Virus record (IMG/VR): IMGVR_UViG_3300011444_000011
Coordinates: 30,424-94,423 of that record
Direction: 5' to 3' (one strand)
DNA length: 64,000 nucleotides
From: a virus
Lineage: Duplodnaviria > Caudoviricetes
Below, piece by piece: positions 18,584 to 27,721 of this stretch. The notes under the pieces are model-generated. The model did no database searches and had not been told where the DNA came from. It worked only from the letters and a program-made list of their open reading frames with translations. The position numbers were made by a program, and so were the translations under genes. The stretch's first letter is position 1. Each line of letters begins with the position of its first letter.

Positions 18584-18984
18584 GAGTGACCAAAGAGAAG
18601 ATCGCCTTGATGTGGGTATTCAAGGCCGCGACCGACCTGTACATGGAAGCCGTGTGCAGGTCGTCTGATGCCAGAATCAACCTGCTCCGGTTGCGGGACA
18701 CGACATCCGAGGTAGCGGTGAAAGCAATCGGGCGGTATCAGGAAGCGGAGCACCAGTTCAAACTGCCGGAAAAGCGGTACACCGCCGCTCGGAAGAAGGT
18801 ACAACGTGCGTTCCGGCCCGGCGTCTATCATCCATTTGGTGAGACGTGGTGTCTCGTCGTCAACCCGAACTTCGCCTCAATCAACCCTATCACAACTGTC
18901 GAGACGGGCGTTCTCGACAAACTCGTCAAGAAGCAGGAACCTTGGGATGCCTTGAGCCGTATGGCCGGAACTCCAATCGTTTGA
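18580..18984 (+). CDS. hypothetical protein
   Basis: ATGA coupling. Confidence 0.6.
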   Translation: MRVTKEKIALMWVFKAATDLYMEAVCRSSDARINLLRLRDTTSEVAVKAIGRYQEAEHQFKLPEKRYTAARKKVQRAFRPGVYHPFGETWCLVVNPNFASINPITTVETGVLDKLVKKQEPWDALSRMAGTPIV

Positions 18985-18999
18985 TATGAGGAATAGATC

Positions 19000-19284
19000 A
19001 TGGTAACACTGGAAGATATCGTCAGACGGCGAAAAGCCATTGCCCAGATGCACAAAGACGATCAGGCTCTAAGTCTGGTCGAGCTTTACCGTACCGTGCT
19101 ACTCCAGATTAGCCAGAGCGGCGAAGACCCTAAGAGTCTAGCGGCGGTGGCCCTGGGTGAGAGGACGACGCTTGAGCATACTAAGAGCGCAATCCAGTCG
19201 CTGGTAGCAGGAATGGCAAGTGGAACGATCAGCTTCGGCGAGGCTGTCGAGATACTCAAGGCTCTAATGCAGGAGTTACCATGA
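19000..19284 (+). CDS. hypothetical protein, tandem paralog of 19281-19490
   Basis: LVELYRTVLLQISQSGEDPKSLAAVALG vs LLEFYEAVLTEISDGTPDAKNLASAALG. Confidence 0.65.
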   Translation: MVTLEDIVRRRKAIAQMHKDDQALSLVELYRTVLLQISQSGEDPKSLAAVALGERTTLEHTKSAIQSLVAGMASGTISFGEAVEILKALMQELP

Positions 19285-19490
19285 CGCCAGACAGAGTAGC
19301 TGCCAGACGTAACGTAATCTATGCTCCGCATGGCGGCGTCGATGAACAGAAGCAGCAGTTGCTTGAGTTTTACGAGGCCGTGCTGACCGAAATCTCTGAT
19401 GGTACGCCCGATGCCAAGAATCTGGCATCCGCGGCGTTGGGCAAGTTACCAAAGTGGACCGTTTCTGATACTGGTATCAAACCATGCTAG
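19281..19490 (+). CDS. hypothetical protein, tandem paralog of 19000-19284
   Basis: shared motif as for 19000-19284; AGGAG SD. Confidence 0.65.
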   Translation: MTPDRVAARRNVIYAPHGGVDEQKQQLLEFYEAVLTEISDGTPDAKNLASAALGKLPKWTVSDTGIKPC

Positions 19491-19741
19491 TTCAATGCGA
19501 TGGGCACGCGGTCGGTCGCTGCCTTGAGAAGATAATTGCGGATAAGGATACTCTGCAAGCCATTCACGGCTGGGAGAAGATGGACAAGATCATCAAGAAG
19601 GCCCAGCGGATGCTGGACTTAGTGACTGACCATAAGCTGAAACGCTTCAATCTCCAGCACAGCATGGTACTGCTTGACACTGACGACTTTCATTTCCTCA
19701 AGACCCACGAGCCCAGCGATGGACCAATCACAAGAGTCTGA
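19484..19741 (+). CDS. hypothetical protein
   Basis: overlapping ORF in array. Confidence 0.55.
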   Translation: MLVQCDGHAVGRCLEKIIADKDTLQAIHGWEKMDKIIKKAQRMLDLVTDHKLKRFNLQHSMVLLDTDDFHFLKTHEPSDGPITRV

Positions 19742-20180
19742 ACCCGAATTCGTCATCGAACACTACACCGAACGGGACATGATCCAATCGCTGCTCACGT
19801 CACGAGTCGAGTATTTTGAGCGATGTCGGCGTGAGCCAAGACTGTCAGAGCTAAAAGCTCTCGACCCGTTGACCTGCACCGGGCAACAGGTCATGGATAT
19901 CAGTGATCCCAATGCCAAGTGGGACAACTGCTACAGTTGCGATTTGTGTGGCAACGACGTTCTCGAAGTTGTCCACTTCAGTCAGGTCCAGTACAACAGG
20001 ACAATGGAGATTTGCCGGGGTTGTTTGGAAATCGCGTTTAACTTACTGGAAATACGACCATTGGAGATTAAGTCGTGCCCAAAGCAAGCAGATTCGACGG
20101 GATTGATACTCAGACTCTCAAAGAGTCTGAAACGGTTCTTCGCGGGGAACTGGCTACGGCGGTTAGTGAAATGCGAGTAG
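19719..20180 (+). CDS. Zn-finger-containing hypothetical protein
   Basis: CDLCG..ICRGC. Confidence 0.55.
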   Translation: MDQSQESEPEFVIEHYTERDMIQSLLTSRVEYFERCRREPRLSELKALDPLTCTGQQVMDISDPNAKWDNCYSCDLCGNDVLEVVHFSQVQYNRTMEICRGCLEIAFNLLEIRPLEIKSCPKQADSTGLILRLSKSLKRFFAGNWLRRLVKCE

Positions 20181-20258
20181 CTACGAGTCGGTTAGCACAA
20201 GCCCGCGTTGCGTTACAAGAACTGACGGCCGAAATCAGGAGCAGACATGAAAAGGCGA

Positions 20259-20585
20259 ATGAAGCGAGGGTTGTCAGAACTGTTGCACCGGCTGCGGCGA
20301 ACAACGAGACGGCACAAGTGGACGCTGCTGCCGATGTTGGACAAGCCGGGATCGGGGCTCCCCAAGCTATACAGCCTACGGGATGATTGGGGACGGTGCC
20401 CGCTGGAAGCGACGACACCGCCGCGAGAAAAGTCATTTAGAGGATTGAGTCAGAGAGCCTTGTTCCTGGGTATCCCTTACGTCGAGGCCATCGTTGACGC
20501 AGCGGACGGCCGTTTCAGAAGCAAAGAGCATGATGTTACCAATTTACGGGCGTTGCGCGATGCAATGCTGGCTGCCATCGGTTAA
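20259..20585 (+). CDS. hypothetical protein, paralog family A
   Basis: HKW..CPLEA..IPYVEAIVDAAD..NLRALRDAML. Confidence 0.65.
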   Translation: MKRGLSELLHRLRRTTRRHKWTLLPMLDKPGSGLPKLYSLRDDWGRCPLEATTPPREKSFRGLSQRALFLGIPYVEAIVDAADGRFRSKEHDVTNLRALRDAMLAAIG

Positions 20586-20620
20586 TGCGGTATCGGTTAA
20601 TGCGGTATCGGTTAATGCGG
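20577..20620. repeat. 15-bp tandem repeat x3 (ATCGGTTAATGCGGT)
   Basis: read directly; first copy contains the TAA stop of the upstream gene. Confidence 0.9.
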
Positions 20621-20916
20621 GCTTGGTTGATACCAGTATCAATGATAAGGTCTGGCAACGGATGATTAGCGCCAAGCACAAATGGACGGTGTCTCATGTG
20701 CTCGTGGTGGCCAGATCAGTGAATCTGGAATCCGAGCATCCAGTTGGTGTCCCTGAATTGATCGCTGTAGCCAAACAGGTAATGGAAAGGTATCATAATG
20801 AGAGACCCCAATGAGCTACCGTCGGTTGCTGAACTCATAGCCTTCGGCCTCTTAGGGCTGGCGTGCATAGTCTTGTTCATCATGCTCACAAAGGCCATCA
20901 TCGAAAGGGCAGGATT

Positions 20917-21195
20917 ATGAAAATCTCACCATCTGATATCCGCACCAGAGATCATTTCTGGGATACGTTCGATAAGAACGAGATCGAATGCGCGGCCCGC
21001 AACATCGTCATCGCTTCCCAGAAGAAGGGTGATTGGTTCGATTTCACGGAAGATGATATTAACATCGGACCTTGGGGCAACTTCTTCGTGGTCAACGGGT
21101 ACTTGTCGCGAGTAGGCAAGACGAAATATCGCGTGCTCCCCGAGTTCGTGATGAAACTAAGCAAATATCTAAAGAAGGGAGTCATCAGTGTCTAA
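20917..21195 (+). CDS. hypothetical protein (possible winged helix)
   Basis: AGGA SD; NGYLSRVGKTKYRV. Confidence 0.6.
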   Translation: MKISPSDIRTRDHFWDTFDKNEIECAARNIVIASQKKGDWFDFTEDDINIGPWGNFFVVNGYLSRVGKTKYRVLPEFVMKLSKYLKKGVISV

Positions 21196-21919
21196 TACGA
21201 TTTGGCACGGCGATTGCGTCAAGTTTGTTCATCAGTTGAGGCCGGTCAAGTGCATCATCGCTGATCCGCCGGACAATCTCGATTTGGGGTATGACGGCTT
21301 TACAGACTTCAACCCCGATTACTACGGGTGGCTTGGTTCCCTGATCCGGGCATCCGTCGAGCGGTGCGACCATTTCTGGTTGAGCTATTATCACGCTCAC
21401 GACCTCGCAATATCGAGCATTGTCTACGATGTTGTACGCCGGAAGGGACTGGACTGGCACAAGTACCTTTGGCGGTTCACGTTCGGCCAGCATAAGGAAA
21501 CTGATTGTGGGAGCGGTTACAGAACAATCCTCAGATTATCGCAGCCTTCGCAGCCGCTTAATACATCAGCGGTTCGGGTGCCCAGCCTGCGACAGACGTT
21601 ATACAACGACCCACGAGCTAATCCGGCAGGAAGGGTTCCAGACGATGTCTGGGAGTTCCCGCGTGTTACCGGCAACAGCCATGAACGAAGAGCATGGCAT
21701 CCGACGCAGCATCCCGTAGCCGTGTACTCCCGGATACTGCGGCTGTCAACGGCACCGGGCGATAAGGTGGTGGACCTGTTCGCGGGCACGGGCACACTTT
21801 TCAGAGCGAACCACTCATACAAGCTCTCGGAACGACGGGAATGCTCGGCAGTTGATATCAGTATCAAATACTGCCAGGAGATCGCTAAGGAACATCAACT
21901 GGAGATCAAGACCATTTGA
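21188..21919 (+). CDS. N4/N6 DNA methyltransferase (beta-type), DPPD variant
   Basis: IWHGDC, IIADPPDN, DDVWEFP, HPTQHP, VVDLFAGTGT. Confidence 0.88.
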   Translation: MSNTIWHGDCVKFVHQLRPVKCIIADPPDNLDLGYDGFTDFNPDYYGWLGSLIRASVERCDHFWLSYYHAHDLAISSIVYDVVRRKGLDWHKYLWRFTFGQHKETDCGSGYRTILRLSQPSQPLNTSAVRVPSLRQTLYNDPRANPAGRVPDDVWEFPRVTGNSHERRAWHPTQHPVAVYSRILRLSTAPGDKVVDLFAGTGTLFRANHSYKLSERRECSAVDISIKYCQEIAKEHQLEIKTI

Positions 21920-22350
21920 AAGGGTCACATGAACGATATCGAAACGGAAGCCGGAACGGAGCAACCCAAGCTACCGAAGATGAACAGCATTTCCAGTGGC
22001 GACGGGATTACCTGCTGTACGAAGTCGGCATCGTGGTGCATGAGAAGAAGACCGGCAAAGAAGTCGGAAGGGTCGAGCACCGGGAAGGCAAGTATGAAGT
22101 CTCTGGCGACCTCAGCCGGTACGTCCCGCAGTATGCCATCAACATGCTTCGTGATTACGGTCTGATTGTGCATCGGGAATCGCTGTATCAGTTCGTCGGG
22201 CTGTTCCAGCGTTTCGAGAATTCAAATTGCACGGTCATTGATATCAGGAAGACCGACAATTCGTCTTATACCATCAGGTTTCACGGCTACGCCGAGTTCA
22301 TCAAGAAGAACCCGGAATTCAAAGATTCAGTTACGAGAGTGAGAGAATAA
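21916..22350 (+). CDS. hypothetical protein
   Basis: coupled ORF. Confidence 0.55.
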   Translation: MKGSHERYRNGSRNGATQATEDEQHFQWRRDYLLYEVGIVVHEKKTGKEVGRVEHREGKYEVSGDLSRYVPQYAINMLRDYGLIVHRESLYQFVGLFQRFENSNCTVIDIRKTDNSSYTIRFHGYAEFIKKNPEFKDSVTRVRE

Positions 22351-22859
22351 TGGAAGCAATAGGACGACGTGATTTCTTCAAGATGAGTGCTTGCGCCGGA
22401 GCGATCCTAATACCGGGCCTACATCTGTTGGCAGCCGAGCACCACATTCCCTACCAACTGGGAGTGTGGAATAAGGAAGAGTGTATCCGGGTTCCGGTTC
22501 GTGCTCTTGCCAATGATTGGGGACACGTTGTTGCCCTCGCTGATATTGCCATCAGAGACGCCAAGACGTGGGTAGGGGCGTGCCTGCTTCGGAACGACGA
22601 TTCGATTCTCGCAGCAGCACCGTTCAGCAGCACGGTTGCCGTCATAAATGGCGACACCATCAAACTGTCCTACGCGATCAACTGGCCAGAATGTGCTGAC
22701 AGGCGGGAATGGAACAGGATTGTAGGTGGTCTGTCCAAGTCCCGCCGGTTGCAACGAGGATTCGAGCCATCAGTTGTCAGCGGCACCGGCCCTCACCTGG
22801 AGCTTTCAGACTACGACAACATGGCTTTGAGGGCACCCAGATTACCTACACGGCAATAG
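22350..22859 (+). CDS. twin-arginine-like leader plus tail-protein-like domain
   Basis: IGRRDFFKMSACAGA leader; FSSTVAVINGDTIKLSY vs FATTVAVINGDSVKVTY in 52157-52705. Confidence 0.7.
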   Translation: MEAIGRRDFFKMSACAGAILIPGLHLLAAEHHIPYQLGVWNKEECIRVPVRALANDWGHVVALADIAIRDAKTWVGACLLRNDDSILAAAPFSSTVAVINGDTIKLSYAINWPECADRREWNRIVGGLSKSRRLQRGFEPSVVSGTGPHLELSDYDNMALRAPRLPTRQ

Positions 22860-22900
22860 TGGTCTACCTACACTAAAGATGCGCTTGACCACCCCAAACA

Positions 22901-22957
22901 GCGCTTAGGTCCGAATAGCGATTAGGTCCGAATAGCGCTTAGGTCCGAATAGCGCTT
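22901..22957. repeat. 17-bp tandem repeat x3.3 (GCGCTTAGGTCCGAATA)
   Basis: read directly; one mismatch in copy 2. Confidence 0.9.
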
Positions 22958-22967
22958 GGCAAGTTTC

Positions 22968-23511
22968 TGATATCAATTCCTGCTGACACTTTTGTGACAA
23001 CTTTGTGAGCCTATTACCGCCCCAACCAAGCGTCGCCACTTTGAGGCGAAGGCTCGGCCGGAAAGCAGTAAGCGATCGTCAGGCAAGAGGCTGGCAGCCC
23101 TTGCAATGCCTCTAGCGTCGGGACTCCGTCGAACTTACCGGAGGCTTCCGAAGGGGTGAAAGTGGTAAGTCGTTTCAGGATAAGGGGTTAGGGACTCCGC
23201 GCGACTGGAATACCAAAAACTGATTCGCCCATGCTCCCTTATGGAATACTCTCTCTTTATTCTCTTTTACTTTTCCTATACCTTTAATTTAGAGAGTAAG
23301 TAGATAGAAAAGAGTCAAACCGTTGCCTGATAAGGGGTTAAGTGCTTACCCATTTGTTCGCTGGTCAGTCAGAAACAGTCTGCCGGCGATGCAAGTCGTT
23401 ATCGTGAAACGGGTTCCAGTCGGTCGGGGTGTCAGCAAAAGGGTAAGCGGTTCGGGCCTCGCGGCTTGCTGACATAATTTGTCACAAAAGTGTCAGCAAG
23501 AATTGATATCA
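22968..23511. repeat. 33-bp inverted repeat pair (22968-23000 / 23479-23511) enclosing non-coding DNA
   Basis: TGATATCAATTCCTGCTGACACTTTTGTGACAA vs reverse complement, 32 of 33 identical. Confidence 0.9.
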
Positions 23512-24051
23512 ACATCAAAGCCCTAGTCTTAGCGCTATTCAATTGTTAAAGGGAAGTTTCATGAATGGAAATTCATATACCCACATTTCAAGGGGCTTGT
23601 GTGCCCGCGTTATATATTGATTTCTCCAGTGCCCTGCGGGTGGAAAAGGGCGGGTTGTAACGATTATAACGATTGTAATGGTTTTGGCGGTCCTGCCGGT
23701 TGTGCTTAATTTGCGGATCATCCGGCTTATTACGAATTTGCCGGTCGCTCCGATTGTGCCGTGATTCCGCAAATCAACGCCCTGCTGCCATTATGGCACG
23801 CCAGCCGCAAACCGTTGCCAGATAACGAGTTAAACGCATAAGTCAATTCTTATGCGACATAACTCGTTGCCTGACCACGGTTTGCGGCGTTTTCGTTTCA
23901 CCTTATATATGCAATCGTGGTCCGGTTATAACGATTGTAACGTGTAAAGAAAATGAAACACTGTACACAACAAAATGATTCAAATTGTGAACACTCCGGC
24001 CCGACCTGCCCGCGTGCCATTCGCTGCAAGTGCTTACGCTGTAACGAGTTA
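23166..24051. repeat. six copies of a 25-bp quasi-palindrome YAANNNNTT-N7-AANNNNTTR
   Basis: copies at 23166, 23316, 23392, 23808, 23860 (inverted), 24027; those at 23392 and 23860 each have one mismatch. Confidence 0.65.
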
Positions 24052-24129
24052 TGGCAATTCCGAAATTTCTTGCCAGTTTCGGCACGCCGTTCGCTCTTTA
24101 CTCGTTTCGGAATTGTTCTCAATTCGGCC

Positions 24130-24157
24130 TTGACTTGCCGGAACCGTGAGATACAAT
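24130..24157 (+). promoter_or_regulatory. sigma70-type promoter upstream of ParB-like gene
   Basis: TTGACT-16 bp-TACAAT. Confidence 0.65.
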
Positions 24158-24256
24158 TTACCAGACGGCCAAACGTCGGCCCGTCAATTCGGCCAATTTG
24201 ATTTGATACTGTCGAATTTGCTGATTTTCAATATCAAGTATCGGGAGAAACGAGTT

Positions 24257-25423
24257 ATGTCAAAGGTCGATATCGACGCCCCGTTGATGCCTGACGTTGA
24301 CCTGTCCACCGCGGCGGGACAAGCGCAGGCCGTTACGTTTTACCATGATGCCGTTCAAGGGTTGAACGCATCGGGTAAGAATCAGCGCCTTCCGGTCGCT
24401 GATTTGACAATCAATCCCGACAATCCCCGCGAGGAATACGACGTTGACGGAATGATCGCATCTTTCCGCCACCGTGGTTTCGTCATCGGTGCGCCGATTA
24501 CGATTTCCAAGCGCGCCGACGGCGTCAACATGGTTTTGCGTGGCAATCGTCGCGTGTCTGCCGCGCAGAAGTTCGCCACGGTTGACCCGGAAGGGTTCAA
24601 GAAAGTCTTTCCCGATGGAAAGATTCCCTGTCTGGTCTTGACCGATCTTTCCCGCGCCGAAGAAACGACGGTCTTGATTGACCACGGGAAAGAGCAAGAC
24701 CGACGGAAACTGTCGGCCCGCGAGGAACTCCGCGCCATTCGCCAGTTGATGAAAGCTGGCATTAAGGGGCGCGATGCAATCGCCCGCGCTCTTGACCTGA
24801 TTACGGTATCAAAAGACGATAAAGGGGTTGAAACGGAGAAAGTTCGTTCGTCTTACGTTCAACCGCGCCTCAATTTGCTTGCCTTGCCGGAAGCCGTGCA
24901 AGTCAAGTACATCGGCGAATCGTCGATGTTCGGCGGGAAAAATGCTGTTCTGAAACAGCAGACAATCGCGCCGCTGTACACTGCCCTGTCAAACGACAGG
25001 AAGGCCGGAAACATCGGTCAAGACGGTTTCGGGCCGGAACTCCGCGCCGCGTGGGATACCCTCTTGGCAACGCCCACAACGCCCGCCAGTGATGCGCCCG
25101 TCAAGTATATCGCTGATAGCAAGTGCAAAGCGCTCTTGCAGGAATGCGACAGCGCCGCCCTGACGAATGCCCTGACCTATTTCGGCGGTTACAGCAAAAC
25201 GCTGAAACTGTCGGAAATCGACAGCGCCTGTCAGGCCGCGGAGCAAGCGCAAGTCATGCTGGCGCACATTGCCGATTTTGTCGGCCCTGACGAATTTGCC
25301 AGCCTGTGCGAAAAGGCCGATTCTGCGGCCCGTGCCAAAGCTGACGCCTTGAAGGCTTCTGCCGGTCCTGCCGACGGAACCGAAAAGGTCGAATCGACCG
25401 AAAAGGTCGAAGTCAACGCCTAG
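24257..25423 (+). CDS. ParB-like protein (ParB/CTPase N-domain plus HTH region)
   Basis: LPVADLTINPDNPR..GFVIGAPITI..VLRGNRRVSAA; SAREELRAIRQLMKAG..AIARAL..SYVQPRLNLLALPEAVQ. Confidence 0.85.
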   Translation: MSKVDIDAPLMPDVDLSTAAGQAQAVTFYHDAVQGLNASGKNQRLPVADLTINPDNPREEYDVDGMIASFRHRGFVIGAPITISKRADGVNMVLRGNRRVSAAQKFATVDPEGFKKVFPDGKIPCLVLTDLSRAEETTVLIDHGKEQDRRKLSAREELRAIRQLMKAGIKGRDAIARALDLITVSKDDKGVETEKVRSSYVQPRLNLLALPEAVQVKYIGESSMFGGKNAVLKQQTIAPLYTALSNDRKAGNIGQDGFGPELRAAWDTLLATPTTPASDAPVKYIADSKCKALLQECDSAALTNALTYFGGYSKTLKLSEIDSACQAAEQAQVMLAHIADFVGPDEFASLCEKADSAARAKADALKASAGPADGTEKVESTEKVEVNA

Positions 25424-25432
25424 TCCGGTCGT

Positions 25433-25470
25433 GCCGATCGGGCAGGTTATTCCTGCCCGACCGGCCTTTC
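25433..25470 (+). terminator. intrinsic terminator after ParB-like gene
   Basis: GCCGATCGGGCAGG/CCTGCCCGACCGGC stem followed by CTTTC. Confidence 0.7.
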
Positions 25471-25597
25471 TATTATTGCCGATTGTATCGACAATAATAG
25501 AAGGGAGCTTTGCTCCGTCGGTGCTGGTTGTGCCGGGCGTATGGACTGGGCAACCAGTGCCGATTTTTCCAATTTGATTTGATATCGGAGTTCTGCT

Positions 25598-25855
25598 ATG
25601 ATTAACGGAAGTTGCGAGCGTACCAATAACGTCAAGGGCGCATTCTTTAACTGTCGTGACAACGGCGTCAAGGCGAACGCTTTTGACGATAAGAGCGAAT
25701 CGCTCGCCTGCGCCGTCGCTGCCGTCCTGCCTGATTCTGATACTGGTATCAAATTCGCCGAATTGTGCAACGAATTGGAATCGGGCGATTTTACGCCGGA
25801 TATGCAAATTGAGGCAATCATCGAATTTGCCTACCTGACCGCCAATGAGGAATAG
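25598..25855 (+). CDS. hypothetical early protein
   Basis: GGAG SD. Confidence 0.6.
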   Translation: MINGSCERTNNVKGAFFNCRDNGVKANAFDDKSESLACAVAAVLPDSDTGIKFAELCNELESGDFTPDMQIEAIIEFAYLTANEE

Positions 25856-25862
25856 TCCGGCC

Positions 25863-26201
25863 ATGACGATCATCGTGACTACAACAGGCGTAGAGATTGT
25901 AACGCCTGACGGGTTTGTCCCGCTCGATCTGGTTAGAGCGGCCTTGACGCTTATGATGATGAAGCCGTCAAGGCCGCTTATCCCGGCTATACAGATTGAA
26001 CAGCTTGCAGAGGCTATGCGGCTCAAAGGGGTCGAACGGGTTGAACCGATTGTAGTATCAAAACGGCCTACGTCGATTGCACGACGTAGGCCGGTGTTTT
26101 CGTTTGTGACGGATAAGAGGGACAATACCGTTTGTGCCGGTTGTGGCGGTTGTATCCCGCCGGGCCGTGCGGGAAGGAAATGCCGATCGTGCCGAAATTG
26201 A
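25863..26201 (+). CDS. hypothetical protein with C-terminal CxxC..CxxC
   Basis: CAGCG..CRSC. Confidence 0.5.
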   Translation: MTIIVTTTGVEIVTPDGFVPLDLVRAALTLMMMKPSRPLIPAIQIEQLAEAMRLKGVERVEPIVVSKRPTSIARRRPVFSFVTDKRDNTVCAGCGGCIPPGRAGRKCRSCRN

Positions 26202-26416
26202 CGTTTGCAAAGCTCGAAGTAGGTATGCTGTTTGTAGCGATCAAAGTGATTCCCTGTGATGTGCGGGGTGAGCGGATTGCAGACAATGCGCGGCTTTGGC
26301 GGAAAGTAACGGATACGCGGGCTGTGCAGGCTATGTGCTTTGAACCGCTTATATGGGATAAGCTGGACGTGACGTTTGATCCGTCTTATCGCATTATAGC
26401 GATACTCCCCGGTTGA
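26180..26416 (+). CDS. hypothetical early protein
   Basis: AAGGA SD. Confidence 0.5.
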   Translation: MPIVPKLTFAKLEVGMLFVAIKVIPCDVRGERIADNARLWRKVTDTRAVQAMCFEPLIWDKLDVTFDPSYRIIAILPG

Positions 26417-26441
26417 TACCAATATCAGAAAGGAAATGATT

Positions 26442-26714
26442 ATGCCGTTTGTAGTGAGTGGAACGCATGGGACGGTTGCGGAACGTTATGAGGGATTTTC
26501 TCCATATAGGAACGGCGACGTTTCGATCATCATTGCCACCTTTGACGGTGATGCCGATATGTATGGCGTTGACGCTGGCGCGGATACGATGGAAGTTGTC
26601 AAGAGTGTCTGTCGTATGTATCAGGTCGGTTATGGCCGTTTGCCCGAAAAGATCATGGCTTACGATTATAACGGTTATCCGGCCCTCGACCTGAATCCGT
26701 CGGATTTTGCTTGA
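26442..26714 (+). CDS. hypothetical early protein
   Basis: AAGGA SD. Confidence 0.6.
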   Translation: MPFVVSGTHGTVAERYEGFSPYRNGDVSIIIATFDGDADMYGVDAGADTMEVVKSVCRMYQVGYGRLPEKIMAYDYNGYPALDLNPSDFA

Positions 26715-26805
26715 CTTTGCCCGAAAGCGCTGCAATAGTTGATTGTAGCGCTTAGGGGCGCTTAACAGCGCTTGACCTGATACCAGTATCAACAGGGAGC
26801 TAGTC
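26701..26805 (+). promoter_or_regulatory. degenerate copy of repeated early promoter/leader
   Basis: CGGATTTTGC-TTGACT..GCGCTG..TTGATTGT and TCAACAGGGAGCTA leader. Confidence 0.5.
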
Positions 26806-26807
26806 GA

Positions 26808-27068
26808 ATGGCAAGATACAACGGCCCGCGATTCGGTCTTGACAGAAAAGCGCCGCCCTGTCGCTGCCCTGATTGTTCGGCAAAACTAGCACAACCGATA
26901 TACGACTACCTACCAACGTACAGTCGTTACGATCGGAACAATCATCAACGCTGGCATATCCGTTGCGACTGTGGTGTTCTGCTTTTGTGGAGTTTTCCGG
27001 CTGAATGGATTAGAAGGCATTTGTTCCCATTGTGGGATTTACCGAAGAAACGGGTTGTAGTCTCTTGA
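26808..27068 (+). CDS. Zn-ribbon hypothetical protein
   Basis: CPDC..CDCG. Confidence 0.55.
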   Translation: MARYNGPRFGLDRKAPPCRCPDCSAKLAQPIYDYLPTYSRYDRNNHQRWHIRCDCGVLLLWSFPAEWIRRHLFPLWDLPKKRVVVS

Positions 27069-27083
27069 ACAAAGGAAACGATT

Positions 27084-27518
27084 ATGCGTTGGAACATGAT
27101 TCTGCCGATTTTACTGTCAATGGTCGTCGGCCATTTATTCACTCCGGTCGTCAGGGGTGATGAAATCGTCAAGGCCGGCGAAATCGCCAAAGTTGATACC
27201 AATATCAACACGGGCGCAACCGTCACAACGTACAAAAGCGGGCACAAAATAACGATTACGCCCGGCCCTGCCGGTTGTGCCGACGATTCCGATTGTGAGG
27301 TTTTGTTCGGAGTTAAGATTCCTAACGCCCCTGTCAATTCTGTCGGTGCTTACGAAACGTCGCAAAATGCCATTCTTGCCAAGAGTATGGCCTACAACGC
27401 TTCTGTCAGGAAACATCAGGAAGCCATGGCGCGTATTCGTGCGGCGTCTAGCGGTAGTAACGGGCGTAACGGCAATGGCACGCGGACCCGGCTCAATCTG
27501 AATTATCGGCTCAATTGA
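27084..27518 (+). CDS. putative secreted protein
   Basis: signal-peptide-like MRWNMILPILLSMVVGHLFTPVVRG. Confidence 0.6.
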   Translation: MRWNMILPILLSMVVGHLFTPVVRGDEIVKAGEIAKVDTNINTGATVTTYKSGHKITITPGPAGCADDSDCEVLFGVKIPNAPVNSVGAYETSQNAILAKSMAYNASVRKHQEAMARIRAASSGSNGRNGNGTRTRLNLNYRLN

Positions 27519-27633
27519 TATCATCGTCAGAGATGATGGGACCGTTTCAACCGGCATAAGCGATTGTATCGCCTATGCCGGTTGTTCGGCGTTTGACGAT
27601 AATATCAATTCTCTGGCCTTCTGACAATCTTGC

Positions 27634-27718
27634 CGGAATTATTTTGACTTTGTTCGATTGCGTTGTATGATTGATTGTCGGCGGAAACAATCAACGAACA
27701 ATCAACAGGGAGCTATCG
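27634..27718 (+). promoter_or_regulatory. repeated early promoter and leader
   Basis: TTGACT(27644)-16-TATGAT(27666); hairpin TTGATTGT/ACAATCAA; CAATCAACAGGGAGCTATC. Confidence 0.8.
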
Positions 27719-27721
27719 ACT

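Noticed and set aside
22901-22957. CRISPR-like array
   Set aside because: Units are contiguous 17-bp tandem repeats with no spacers, and no cas genes are seen.
23539-24201. Short ORFs in the repeat-rich control region
   Set aside because: No SD or coupling, and they overlap repeat elements; treated as non-coding.
24989-26422. 477-aa minus-strand ORF
   Set aside because: Overlaps ParB and several + strand genes that have SD sites, a promoter and a terminator; no recognisable domain.
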